A program made the translations under genes and the position numbers. Of a stretch of DNA of 64,000 bases, positions 1 to 34,125 are shown in pieces (the stretch's first letter is position 1; each line of letters begins with the position of its first letter). Source of the DNA: Macrostomum lignano (lineage: Eukaryota). The notes beneath the pieces are model-generated. The model worked only from the letters and a program-made list of their open reading frames with translations, made no database searches and was not told the DNA's origin. The stretch lies in the NCBI GenBank assembly GCA_002269645.1, contig NIVC01000186.1, positions 186,001-250,000 on the forward strand. Reading direction: 5' to 3'.

Positions 1-120
1 ATAGTTACAGACCAATCAGAGAGCTTTATATATGCTTCTAGTGCCCGATTTCCCTGGTACTGACAATTTAACCAATCATAGATGGAAAGTATATCAGAAA
101 AGGGAAAATAGTTCACTCAC

Positions 121-912
121 AGTCCGACCCAGGGCGAACAGGCACTGAGTAACCTGGCTGATGTTTTTCTTCTCGAACAGGTCCACAGTCTGAAACAGGT
201 CACACGAGGGCACTCCATAGACCCTGGCCGCTTCAAGAAACGAGCCGATGTTTTCCATCAGTTTAAACGGCATTCGAGTGGTTCGATTGATCTTCTTAAT
301 GCTGCCAGGCTTAATGGCGCTCATTAGATCGCACAAAACGATTCCTGGTGTGATTGATTAATTATTAGCGATACATACTACTTTCATTAGGACACTGCAT
401 TTACAACTTTCTGCAGTAGAAAAATATTTTGTTTCTTTACAAAGCAAAAGAGAGAGGCAGCCTAAAAGATGTTTTGCTACATCAGTGCTTATAAAAAGGC
501 AAGTATCATCAACAGCGTTAATTATTCTAACGTACCATCCGCCAAGATATCCTCGTAAGGCTGATCCCTGGGAAGGGACTGCTTTATCACAGCCTCAATC
601 CAATCAAGCACCTCTTCCTCCTGCTTCGAGTCCCGTTTCTCTTCTCGCTGTCGGATTGAATTGAAAAATTTGCGCACATTTATTACTTCAATGCTAATTC
701 AATCAGTTCCTAAATAATACTTCATTTACTTCTATATAAAAAGATACAGACGCCTACAAAAAATCTTAATTCTTAATCAGGTGAGCAACATTCAAGATTA
801 TATTTGTCAATTGGTTAATTAATTCATTTATACTACTGTAGTTCTACAATTAGCCAGTTACCTTCTTGTCCAGTTCCGCGCTGAGACCATAGCTTTTTCC
901 GTGGTTAGCCAT
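121..912 (-). CDS. Myophilin/MP20/transgelin-like calponin-homology protein, exons 1-3 (3' end not resolved, probably off-window)
   Basis: Exons 912-862 (MANHGKSYGLSAELDKK), 647-536 (REEKRDSKQEEEVLDWIEAVIKQSLPRDQPYEDILADG) and 344-121 (IVLCDLMSAIKPGSIKKIN...MENIGSFL...DLFQTVDLFEKKNISQVTQCLFALGRT). All junctions are GT-AG with consistent phases (0, 1). The N-terminus and CH-domain motifs match the transgelin/calponin family from memory. Confidence 0.92.
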
Positions 913-1719
913 TAGATTCGATTTCGCTCAAAACAAGAAAAACACAAGAGATAAGAGATAAGACTCCAGACTATAAGCAGTAAAGCAAACGCACACAGGA
1001 GAGTAAATTAAATGCAAGTAGTCAGATAGGAAGCGCCTCTCGTTTTATTCGTGCTTTTCTGGGGGTTGGTGGGCGGTGGGGTGGGTTGGATTTCCATTTC
1101 AGGTCCATGCAGTCCAGTCACACCAAAAACACCATTTATCGTCTTCACAGCACAAAAAGGGGTGTTGGGGTTGGTCTATGTACAGCGGTCCCACCCTTTA
1201 CTTTTCTGTCCTATTTATGGCAGGCCCGCGCGCGACAGAAAAAAAGCCAGCCGCCCAGCTATTAAACCCCAAAGACGGCTCATATGTACATCGGCCGCCC
1301 CCCGTGCGTGTTGTAATCGAGAGCAAAGAGACAATCATTCCATGTACTTAGATTGCTGCCTACATTCAGCGTCCAACTAATGCTAATATAACAGACTAGA
1401 CATACTAATGTATAGTTAAAGAATTGCAGAAAGCATCAGTCCCACTAAATACTAATGATATAATGACTAACGCTTAACAGTCATCCAGATTGAAAACGTA
1501 CAGTCTATTAAATGGCCCAGTAAAATTTTTATTGAGATTATTGAGCTTCACAGATCACAGTCCATTTTTTATTTTCTTATATGAATACTATTTATTAAGC
1601 TTGCTTTTTAAACAAAACCCAAAATGTTAATTGAAGCATAAAAGCATGCTAATTGCTGGCGAGTAGAGACAACTGGCTAGCAACTTGATATCTAGCTGAG
1701 CAGTGATTTTACAGAGAAA

Positions 1720-3276
1720 GGGGATGTCAACTTAAGCACCAGAATGGAGCCCGAAGTTCAGCTCCGGACCAAACCGACTGCAATCGATAACTTGTCGGCC
1801 CAGACGACTAGAATCGCCGAGACATCCCATCCGGCTCCCTTCCTTGGGGTCCCAGGGGATAAAGGGGATAAAATGGGGATCTCATGTCAACTTAAGGCTC
1901 TGGAATGGAGCCCGAAGTTCAGCTCCGGACCAAACCGACTGCAATCGATAACTTGTCGGCCCAGACGACTAGAATCGCCGAGACATCCCATCCGGCTCCC
2001 TTCCTTGGGGTCCCAGGGGATAAAGGGGATAAAATGGGGATCTCATGTCAACTTAAGGCTCTGGAATGGAGCCCGAAGTTCAGCTCCGGACCAAACCGAC
2101 TGCAATCGATAACTTGTCGGCCCAGACGACTAGAATCGCCGAGACATCCCATCCGGCTCCCTTCCTTGGGGTCCCAGGGGATAAAGGGGATAAAATGGGG
2201 ATCTCATGTCAACTTAAGGCTCTGGAATGGAGCCCGAAGTTCAGCTCCGGACCAAACCGACTGCAATCGATAACTTGTCGGCCCAGACGACTAGAATCGC
2301 CGAGACATCCCATCCGGCTCCCTTCCTTGGGGTCCCAGGGGATAAAGGGGATAAAATGGGGATCTCATGTCAACTTAAGGCTCTGGAATGGAGCCCGAAG
2401 TTCAGCTCCGGACCAAACCGACTGCAATCGATAACTTGTCGGCCCAGACGACTAGAATCGCCGAGACATCCCATCCGGCTCCCTTCCTTGGGGTCCCAGG
2501 GGATAAAGGGGATAAAATGGGGATCTCATGTCAACTTAAGGCTCTGGAATGGAGCCCGAAGTTCAGCTCCGGACCAAACCGACTGCAATCGATAACTTGT
2601 CGGCCCAGACGACTAGAATCGCCGAAACATCCCATCCGGCTCCCTTCCTTGGGGTCCCAGGGGATAAAGGGGATAAAATGGGGATCTCATGTCAACTTAA
2701 GGCTCTGGAATGGAGCCCGAAGTTCAGCTCCGGACCAAACCGACTGCAATCGATAACTTGTCGGCCCAGACGACTAGAATCGCCGAGACATCCCATCCGG
2801 CTCCCTTCCTTGGGGTCCCAGGGGATAAAGGGGATAAAATGGGGATCTCATGTCAACTTAAGGCTCTGGAATGGAGCCCGAAGTTCAGCTCCGGACCAAA
2901 CCGACTGCAATCGATAACTTGTCGGCCCAGACGACTAGAATCGCCGAGACATCCCATCCGGCTCCCTTCCTTGGGGTCCCAGGGGATAAAGGGGATAAAA
3001 TGGGGATCTCATGTCAACTTAAGGCTCTGGAATGGAGCCCGAAGTTCAGCTCCGGACCAAACCGACTGCAATCGATAACTTGTCGGCCCAGACGACTAGA
3101 ATCGCCGAGACATCCCATCCGGCTCCCTTCCTTGGGGTCCCAGGGGATAAAGGGGATAAAATGGGGATCTCATGTCAACTTAAGGCTCTGGAATGGAGCC
3201 CGAAGTTCAGCTCCGGACCAAACCGACTGCAATCGATAACTTGTCGGCCCAGACGACTAGAATCGCAGAGACATCC
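1720..3276 (+). repeat. 161-bp tandem array, about 9.5 copies (left TIR)
   Basis: Identical ORF starts at 1744, 1905 ... 3032 give a 161-bp spacing. Among the full units I see a single variant (G>A at 2626). Confidence 0.98.
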
Positions 3277-3333
3277 GCTGTGCCACTATGTCCCGCTATG
3301 TGCTGCTTTGCTGCCATTAAGCAGGACTAATGT

Positions 3334-4260
3334 GTGAACGAGAGGCACAAACCGTATCAGTGGCTGCCGTCAGCCGGCTTCAGTGAGCCCACCCGATTAG
3401 ACGTTGTTATCGAGACCTCGATGGCAAAGTACAACCGGGCGCATCCAGGTTTTGAATCATTTAAACAGCTGCCACCGTCATGGACAGGGCTATCGTTGTT
3501 CGAATTCGGTCAGAATTTCATGCGCCGAGTGCTCTTGTCCAACGAACTGGACGAAATTGAGCAGCTGCACTTCAACTGTGATCTGAAGCGTGCCCCCCTG
3601 CTAACACAAAGGCATGGATTGCTGTCAACCCGCTGGATCCAAAAAGCTCGGGGTTCCCCCGAATTTACACAGTGAATTTGTCAGAGGTTTCGGTGGATCC
3701 GTATCAACTAAATCAAGCCGATTATTACATTCAAAACATTCGTGTCAAGGAGGTTCTCGGTAGCTACGAAGGTGACTCCTGGAGAGACTTTGAGTTACAC
3801 ATCCGAGCCGCCGGGAGTATTGGAAGTTTCGGCAAGAGACGCCGCTAGAAAACTGGAGCAACCTACTCGGTCGGTGGCATCCGTCTTGGATTTTTCTAGC
3901 TGTCGTTTTCTCGCGCCATGATTCGAAATCCTACCGCGTGATTCTTAGAGTGTGTGACAGCAGCGGACAATCGCTTTGGTTTTAGAGATCCAGGATTGCA
4001 ACTTCTTCATGGCTACTACTCATCAGCAAAAGCTGGAAGTAGGACTGCAGGCCGCCATTGTCATGAAATGGCAGTGCTCAAACTCCTGGGCTGCTACGCT
4101 TACCACCAAGATAGCTATCGAAGGTCTGGTGCTAGCCTTCGCTTTGTTGATTCCGCTCTTCCACGCAGTCTTGTTGCCAGACTTTATGCCAGAGAAAATG
4201 CTTTACCACAGCAGCGGAAGCCGACTGAGCAACCGTCTAGCGGCCAGCAAGAGGAGTTTC
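3334..4260 (+). pseudogene. Decayed C-terminal fragment of a PHIS/Spy-type transposase (degenerate SWIM-like region)
   Basis: Motifs lie in three frames: GFPRIYTVNLSEVSVDPYQLNQADYY (about 3651-3728), FSRHDSKSYRVIL (3908-3946) and LHGYYSSAKAGSRTAGRHCHEMAVLKLLGCYAYHQ (about 4005-4110). They resemble the FP..L..YQL..A..Y, SRH..K.Y and GYYCTCK.G.RT.G.C.H..VL..LG motifs I recall from DDE_Tnp_4/SWIM transposases. At least 3 frameshifts; no DDE core present. Confidence 0.6.
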
Positions 4261-4265
4261 AGTCA

Positions 4266-4717
4266 CCCCAAGGAAGGGAGCCGGATGGGATGTCTCGGCG
4301 ATTCTAGTCGTCTGGGCCGACAAGTTATCGATTGCAGTCGGTTTGGTCCGGAGCTGAACTTCGGGCTCCATTCCAGAGCCTTAAGTTGACATGAGATCCC
4401 CATTTTATCCCCTTTATCCCCTGGGACCCCAAGGAAGGGAGCCGGATGGGATGTCTCGGCGATTCTAGTCGTCTGGGCCGACAAGTTATCGATTGCAGTC
4501 GGTTTGGTCCGGAGCTGAACTTCGGGCTCCATTCCAGAGCCTTAAGTTGACATGAGATCCCCATTTTATCCCCTTTATCCCCTGGGACCCCAAGGAAGGG
4601 AGCCGGATGGGATGTCTCGGCGATTCTAGTCGTCTGGGCCGACAAGTTATCGATTGCAGTCGGTTTGGTCCGGAGCTGAACTTCGGGCTCCATTCTGGTG
4701 CTTAAGTTGACATCCCC
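4266..4717 (-). repeat. 161-bp tandem array, about 2.7 copies, inverted (right TIR)
   Basis: Same unit on the minus strand, with starts at 4693, 4532 and 4371. Confidence 0.98.
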
Positions 4718-6435
4718 TTTCCAGCCAAGCGCGTGACACAACCTTTCCTTGGCCGAAGGTCATTAATTATTTGCGTAAAAAGTGTCGGCTGGAATTTCGT
4801 TGTTGCGTCTAATACAAGTGCTTCTGATGAGCCGCATTTTTAGAGTTCGGAATAATTGGAAATGGCGCATTTTTAATTGCGTACCTTATAAAATTCGATA
4901 TTACAAGTATAACAAAAAGCAACTCGAATCTATCGAGTTTTTGTCTAAAATAAGAAACGATTAAATAAATTTTATTTTCATTTTTCAAATTCTCCGTCGG
5001 CATTGCAGGCTCTCAAGTACGTCTCTGTAGGTTATATAATACCTGGGCGTATATATTTATGCAAATGGCTATTATTGCTTAGGTATTGCTGCTAATATAT
5101 AGCTAATAGCAATTTTATGCGTCGTCTTGATATAAAATCAGGTGTAAAAAAACAATAACTATTGTAGCAACTTGAATGAAAAAAGATAATACACGATTAA
5201 TAATTTTAATTAGTAATGCACTAATAAACATTTCGTAATACAATTCAGTAGACTATTAAAAGGGACGAAATCACATTAATTAAATCCTGAAAGTTTATTA
5301 CAGAACCAAGTTAATAAATTGAACTAAAAAGTACAAAAAAACGGACCCAATGGCTGTGTAGTTAGTTATAAACATTTTAATTGTCAATAAGACTATAGAG
5401 TTGGCTGGCACTGGGCGTTCAGTCCAAATGGGGGCTAAGTACACGCTTATAATTAAAGTAGTAATAATAAGTTGCAATTAATTAATTGTTGACTCAGTCC
5501 AGAAGTATTGATTATAGCCAGTTTAGCCAATATAATATATAGCTGCAGCAGAAGTTTCAATGGCAACGATTTTACAAAGCACAATAACTGACATAGCATT
5601 TGGAATATAATTAAGTCACAGATTGACATGATTACGAGCTGCCCCTGTGCAATAAAGACAAGAATTTACCATTTACCAGTCCTCGAATTCGTATAGTATT
5701 GATTAGCACGGAACAGATCTTAGCAAAAGAATATTACTATCGGCAATTAGTGAGTCAACACAAACATTATAGCATATATATATATAAATGAAAAAGATAT
5801 TCACCTTGGATAACAGGTAGCGAGGCAATTAAAAATCAATACAAGCATACAATACTAAAAAGCGTAGAAAAGCATATTCATCGAAATACGACACGAGAGG
5901 ATTATACTAAATTAGGCATTGATCTCAAGCCCTAGCAATTATTGCATTTCTCAACCAATCAGATTCGTGCACGTCATTAGCTCCGTTAAATGTACATGAA
6001 TGTACATTGAAATCCTTATTCTCTCACCTTGAAGCCCAGCTATTGGTAAAGCAAAAAGTATCAGCTCTGATTAGCTGATTGGTGTGAAATGTACTGTGTG
6101 GGCTGGGTGAGTACTCGGTACTCGTTTGATTTTCTTTCCTAGAAATTTCAGAAAACCAACTTTCAAAAGTGATTTTTCTCGTTGAAGATTAAGAAAGAAG
6201 CTGCACAGATCAGTATTCTGTAGTCACTACTCGATCAACCCTGGTTAGACTACTCGGTACTCGATATTCGAGGTCACTGAACCAATATTCACCCAGCCCT
6301 GTCTGCCCACCCACTCGCCACGACTTTTCCCATCCGAACCATTGAAATTCAAGTTGGCGCATTTTAATTGGCTACCAGGCTGAGCCTCCGCTACAGTTGG
6401 ACTTGAAGAGCCAATCAGAACAGAGTCCAAAGTGG

Positions 6436-28331
<21,896 letters not shown>

Positions 28332-29022
28332 CCTGGCCTGGTCGGTCGCTGTTTGGTGGCTGGCGGACGTCGAGACGCTGCACGCCGAGGATTATAAGAG
28401 TGGGGGGGATTTTGCAGCGCAGGAAGAGGATAAATATCCCAAAGATCGGGTCAGGCAGGGTCGCAGCCCCTGGACCAATGGTGGGGTCGCTGGTGGGGAT
28501 GGATAGCTCCGGCAGTCCGGCCAGTCAGCGTATGCCGCAGCGCAAAGGAGCTGGCTAGGGGCGGGGGGATTAGCGCTAGGCTAGTCCCGCTTCAAGATAA
28601 GCGCCCGCCCTCTGCCTCCATCCTCCATCTCCATCCCAGAGGCTGAGGCAGCACGAGTGACTGAATGAGATGCAGATGGTGCCTGCGAGTGCGGCTTCTT
28701 TTTCTAGCGATGGCGGGGATTCAGAAACTGGAGAGGGAGACAGAGCCCTGGAAACCATGCGGAGTGGATGGAGCACAGAAATGCGCCAAGCACAGCTGCT
28801 TGCTTTTGGCCAAGCCGGCTTGATAAATGAGCACACATTTGGAGCCATTGCTGGTGCAGCTGCGCTATGTCTGGCATCGAGCCAAAACTGCCTCCTTTGG
28901 CCCTTCCTTCCGACTACAATTCGCCTTTGGGATGAGGGGATGGGGGATAATTTAAATTCGCATCCCAGTCCTCGCTAACGGCGGCTTCCATCTGCCAGAA
29001 AACGCTTCACTCTGTTCGGCTG

Positions 29023-29276
29023 TGTCACGGACTAGAGGCGACCATCCATCAGCTTATCTAATTATGAGTGCACAAATATTAGCCACTAATCCACTCCAGC
29101 GGTCTCTTGTTGTTTTCCGTGAAGGCATCTATTTGGATTATATTTATTCTGTAATTAGCTGTCTGCAGGGCACAGTGACCACAATTGAACTACTGACTGC
29201 ATTAGCATTGACTAATCAGCACCACTGTGTAGCAAACAGAGCTGGGATCGGATTAACCTCTGGCGCCCCGGTGACA
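29023..29276. mobile_element. Candidate solo LTR or small TIR element
   Basis: Starts TGTCACGG and ends CCGGTGACA; AATAAA on the minus strand. No 4-6 bp TSD found. Confidence 0.25.
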
Positions 29277-29334
29277 TGCATCTATGAGCTGGCCTATTCA
29301 CTGTCCTTGCGTTCACGTCATCTGATACTATTAC

Positions 29335-29585
29335 GGCCCAGCAACTGAGGACCTGGGAGGCTGGCCCAGCAACTGAGGATCTGGGAGGCTGGCCCAGCAA
29401 CTGAGGATCTGGGAGGCTGGCCCAGCAACTGAGGATCTGGGAGGCTGGCCCAGCAACTGAGGATCTGGGAGGCTGGCCCAGCAACTGAGGATCTGGGAGG
29501 CTGGCCCAGCAACTGAGGACCTGGGAAGCTGGCCCAGTAACTGAGGATCTGGGTGGGAGGCTGGCCCAGCAACTGAGGATCTGGT
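29335..29585. repeat. 28-bp minisatellite (CCCAGCAACTGAGGATCTGGGAGGCTGG)n, block 1
   Basis: About 9 copies. Confidence 0.93.
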
Positions 29586-30074
29586 GATATTTCACTTTAA
29601 TGTTGCTTTCATCAGCAATTTTCCCCAAGACTGATTTATCCCCAGTCAGTCGGAGAAAGGATGCCAAGGTCATTGCCCTGGCTCCTGGTCCAACAGCTTT
29701 GCAGCTGGGGCTGCCTACATGCAGTTACCCAACGTAGCAGCCACTGCACGCACTGGGACACGGGCGCCCCCACTGGGTGAATCATGTTTCGGGGAATCCG
29801 CTAATCCCGTCCTCCCCTACCAGCTCCTTCCCTTTCAAGCATTAGTCAGCATCGCTAAGCAAGAATGGAGGCCTAATTAAGCCAAAAAAACTATCGATTG
29901 AAGCCTGCAATATCCTACTAATGAGTAAGTAGTGCACAGCGGAAATTGCACTGCAAATTTTTGTTTTGGTAGTAAACTTTATTGAAAAATAGTACAATTT
30001 CTTGAGCTGATTTTTGCTTGGCAACAATTTTAGACAGATGGAGTATACCATTTATTTATAGTAGACGTAGAGTA

Positions 30075-31420
30075 GGGAAGGGAGGTAGAGTGGGGGAGGG
30101 AGGTAGAGTGGGGGAGGGAGGTAGAGTGGGGGAGGGAGGTAGAGTGGGGGAGGGAGGTAGAGTGGGGGAGGGAGGTAGAGTGGGGAGGGAGGTAGAGTGG
30201 GGAGGGAGGCAGAGTGGGGGAGGGAGGTATAGTGGGGGAGGGAGGTAGAGTGGGGAGGGAGGTAGAGTGGGGGAGGAGGTATAGTGGGGGAGGGAGGTAG
30301 AGTGGGGAGGGAGGTAGAGTGGGGGAGGGAGGTAGAGTGGGGGAGGGAGGTAGAGTGGGGGAGGGAGGTAGAGTGGGGAGGGAGGTAGAGTGGGGAGGGA
30401 GGCAGAGTGGGGGAGGGAGGTATAGTGGGGAGGGAGGCAGAGTGGGGGAGGGAGGTATAGTGGGGGAGGGAGGTACAGTGGGGGAGGGAGGTAGAGTGGG
30501 GAGGGAGGTAGAGTGGGGAGGGAGGCAGAGTGGGGGAGGGAGGTATAGTGGGGAGGGAGGTAGAGTGGGGAGGGAGGTAGAGTGGGGAGGGAGGTATAGT
30601 GGGGGAGGGAGGTATAGTGGGGGAGGGAGGCAGAGTGGGGGAGGGAGGTATAGTGGGGGAGGGAGGCAGAGTGGGGGAGGGAGGTATAGTGGGGGAGGGA
30701 GGTATAGTGGGGGAGGGAGGTAGAGTGGGGGAGGGAGGTAGAGTGGGGGAGGGAGGTAGAGTGGGGGAGGGAGGTAGAGTGGGGGAGGGAGGTATAGTGG
30801 GGGAGGGAGGTAGAGTGGGGAGGGAGGTAGAGTGGGGGAGGGAGGTATAGTGGGGGAGGGAGGTAGAGTGGGGAGGGAGGTAGAGTGGGGGAGGGAGGTA
30901 GAGTGGGGGAGGGAGGTAGAGTGGGGAGGGAGGTAGAGTGGGGAGGGAGGTAGAGTGGGGAGGGAGGCAGAGTGGGGGAGGAGGTATAGTGGGGAGGGAG
31001 GCAGAGTGGGGGAGGGAGGTATAGTGGGGGAGGGAGGTACAGTGGGGGAGGGAGGTAGAGTGGGGAGGGAGGTAGAGTGGGGAGGGAGGCAGAGTGGGGG
31101 AGGGAGGTATAGTGGGGGAGGGAGGTAGAGTGGGGAGGGAGGTAGAGTGGGGAGGGAGGTATAGTGGGGGAGGGAGGTATAGTGGGGGAGGGAGGCAGAG
31201 TGGGGGAGGGAGGTATAGTGGGGAGGGAGGCAGAGTGGGGAGGGAGGTATAGTGGGGAGGGAGGTATAGTGGGGGAGGGAGGTAGAGTGGGGGAGGGAGG
31301 TAGAGTGGGGAGGGAGGTAGAGTGGGGGAGGGAGGTAGAGTGGGGGAGGGAGGTAGAGTGGGGGAGGGAGGTAGAGTGGGGGAGGGAGGTAGAGTGGGGA
31401 GGGAGGTAGAGTGGGGCAGG
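30075..31420. repeat. 17/18-bp G-rich minisatellite (GGGGGAGGGAGGTAGAGT)n
   Basis: About 75 copies, almost purine-only on the + strand. Confidence 0.96.
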
Positions 31421-32104
31421 GAGTTACAGGGGACACAGCAATGGATACACAGAAAGATGGACAGTCGGACTCAAGGCAATAAAAAAATCGGTGGCAGGAA
31501 CTCTCAGGCCCAGTTGCTGGGATAAACCGCATGCACTATTAATAAAACCTTCGAGTCACTAAATTTAAAAGCACCCCAGCTGGCGTAAGACAGAAACAGC
31601 AAGCCTCCAGTGGATATATCTGATTCAAATTAAAGTCCTGATGCGTTTCTCAGGGGAGAATAAAACTTATTTATAAACCATGCCGCACAAGAATGGCTGA
31701 AGTTTAGCTGTTGCCAGGTCAGGAAAGGGTGACTCAGTGCCTTCCTGCCCTCTATCTGCCGTCACCTCTCTCAGCTGTTGGCAATAGCAATTCAGATCCA
31801 TGCAGCATGGCAGACTGAGAAACACGGACGGATCTAAAATCGATAAATACCGCCAGATCCGCGGTCTGGCTTTGGGATCCCGGAGGTGGGGAGAAGCAAT
31901 GGGGAATAGGGGACCGGAGCTGTGGATTTCCCCATTGATTTATGGCGCTGAGGTTCGCGGACTCAAAGAGCTTCTCTCGGCCTGTTTGGCTGTCAGCCTT
32001 TAAGCCTGTGTCACGTGACCACTGTTATTGGTTTCTCAACTAATGACCTTGTTGAGTCACGGCGGGTCAGAGTTCCTCGGTTGCTGGGACTTGACGGCTT
32101 GGAT

Positions 32105-32575
32105 GGCTGGGAGGCTGGCCCGGCAACCATGAGGATCTGGGAGGCTGGCCTGGCAACCATGGGGATCTGGGAGGCTGGCCCGGCAACCATGGGGATCTGG
32201 GAGGCTGGCCCAGTAACTGAGGATCTGGGAGGCTGGCCCAGTAACTGAGGATCTGGGAGGCTGGCCCAGTAACTGAGGATCTGGGAGGCTGGCTCAGTAA
32301 CTGAGGATCTGGGAGGCTGGCCCAGTAACTGAGGATCTGGGAGGCTGGCCCAGTAACTGAGGATCTGGGAGGCTGGCCCAGTAACTGAGGATCTGGGAAG
32401 CTGGCCCAGCAACCATGGGGATCTGGGAGGCTGGCCTGGCAACCATGGGGATCTGGGAGGCTGGCCCAGTAACTGAGGATCTGGGAGGCTGGCCCAGCAA
32501 CTGAGGATCTGGGAGGCTGGTGGCTTAGCAACTGAGGATCTGGGAGACTGGCCCAGCAACTGAGGATCTGAGAGG
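32105..32575. repeat. 28-bp minisatellite, block 2 (same family as 29335-29585)
   Basis: Same unit and orientation, plus a CAACCATGGGGATCTGGG variant. Confidence 0.93.
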
Positions 32576-33293
32576 GTGGCTGTCTACCTGCTAACAAAAA
32601 TAGAATTAAAGAAAAAATCTTCTTCTCAAGCGCAGAGTTTCACTTACAAAAGAACTGCGGTCTACTTGGCAATAACAGAAAGAGCCGAGTTGAATCCACA
32701 GGAAAGACGCAGCCAATCTTGTCAAAATAATGCTTGCCAATTTCGTTTAAAACTAATTTTCAGTAGCGTCAGAGATTGATGGAGAGCGGAGACTGACTTT
32801 GAAAGCCAGGCCGCGCTTTACCCAGCAGTGGGGATAGAGAGCCTATGGCTAAAAGTTGAATTTCAGGTCAGCAATTCAGGCCTGACTCTGGGGAAGGGCT
32901 GGGTTTGTTGGTCCAGCTTGACCGGAGATGGCTCGGCAGATATTAAAATAGCTGCGATAGTGCCGTATGCGGCATATTCCGACCGCTGCTTAACCCACCG
33001 CGGATCGGCAAAGTTAGCGCAGCCCCCAGTGTGCAGCTAACTAGTCAGTAAGTAAATTTATGGCTGACTGTGGATGCGACAGTCACTGTGCAGAAATTAT
33101 TGATGCCAAAACTGCATTTGGAGGCCTGACTGACTGACTGACCGGTCAGGGAGCATTCATTTTTTATTAGAATATGGCGCCTAAATAGGGAGACTTGATG
33201 AAGCCAGGAAAGGAGTTTGGGTAGCGATGTTTGATTAGGGATAATTTATGAGTTTGGTACATTAAAACAAAGTATAGGTGCGAAAACAGGCGA

Positions 33294-34088
<795 letters not shown>

Positions 34089-34125
34089 CTCGCAGGTTGG
34101 TCCAGAATTTCTCGGCGAGACTCAC

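Larger units (their letters stand above)
1720..4717. mobile_element. Non-autonomous foldback-type DNA transposon, probably Spy (PHIS group), with TIRs built of 161-bp tandem units
   Basis: Left end GGGGATGTCAACTTAAGCACCAGAATGGAGCCCGAAG (from 1720) is the exact reverse complement of the right end (to 4717). Flanks are AAA (1717-1719) and TTT (4718-4720) with no TSD. About 990 bp of unique interior carries transposase-like fragments. Confidence 0.85.

Noticed and set aside
1210-1220. CArG/MEF2-like site CCTATTTATGG upstream of the myophilin-like gene
   Set aside because: It deviates from both consensuses (7 A/T between CC and GG; one MEF2 mismatch) and the TSS is unknown.
1744-1904. Hammerhead ribozyme in the 161-bp unit (retrozyme-like tandem array)
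   Set aside because: There is no CTGANGA...GAAA core on either strand.
1720-3276. CRISPR-like array
   Set aside because: The units are identical end to end with no variable spacers, there are no cas genes, and the context is eukaryotic.
1744-3337. Nine overlapping, near-identical 122-aa-type ORFs (MEPEVQLRTK...)
   Set aside because: The 161-bp period is not a multiple of 3, so each ORF runs through all frames of the same unit. This is a repeat artefact.
4722-4775. Helentron/HINE-like terminus (minus strand ATTAATGACCTTCGGCCAAGG..AGGTTGTGT) next to the Spy-like element
   Set aside because: This is only a remembered motif resemblance, with no second end or second copy in the window.
6107-6268. 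TACTCGGTACTCG motif seen twice, like MITE subterminal repeats
   Set aside because: Both copies are in the same orientation with no TIR or TSD, which is too little to call.
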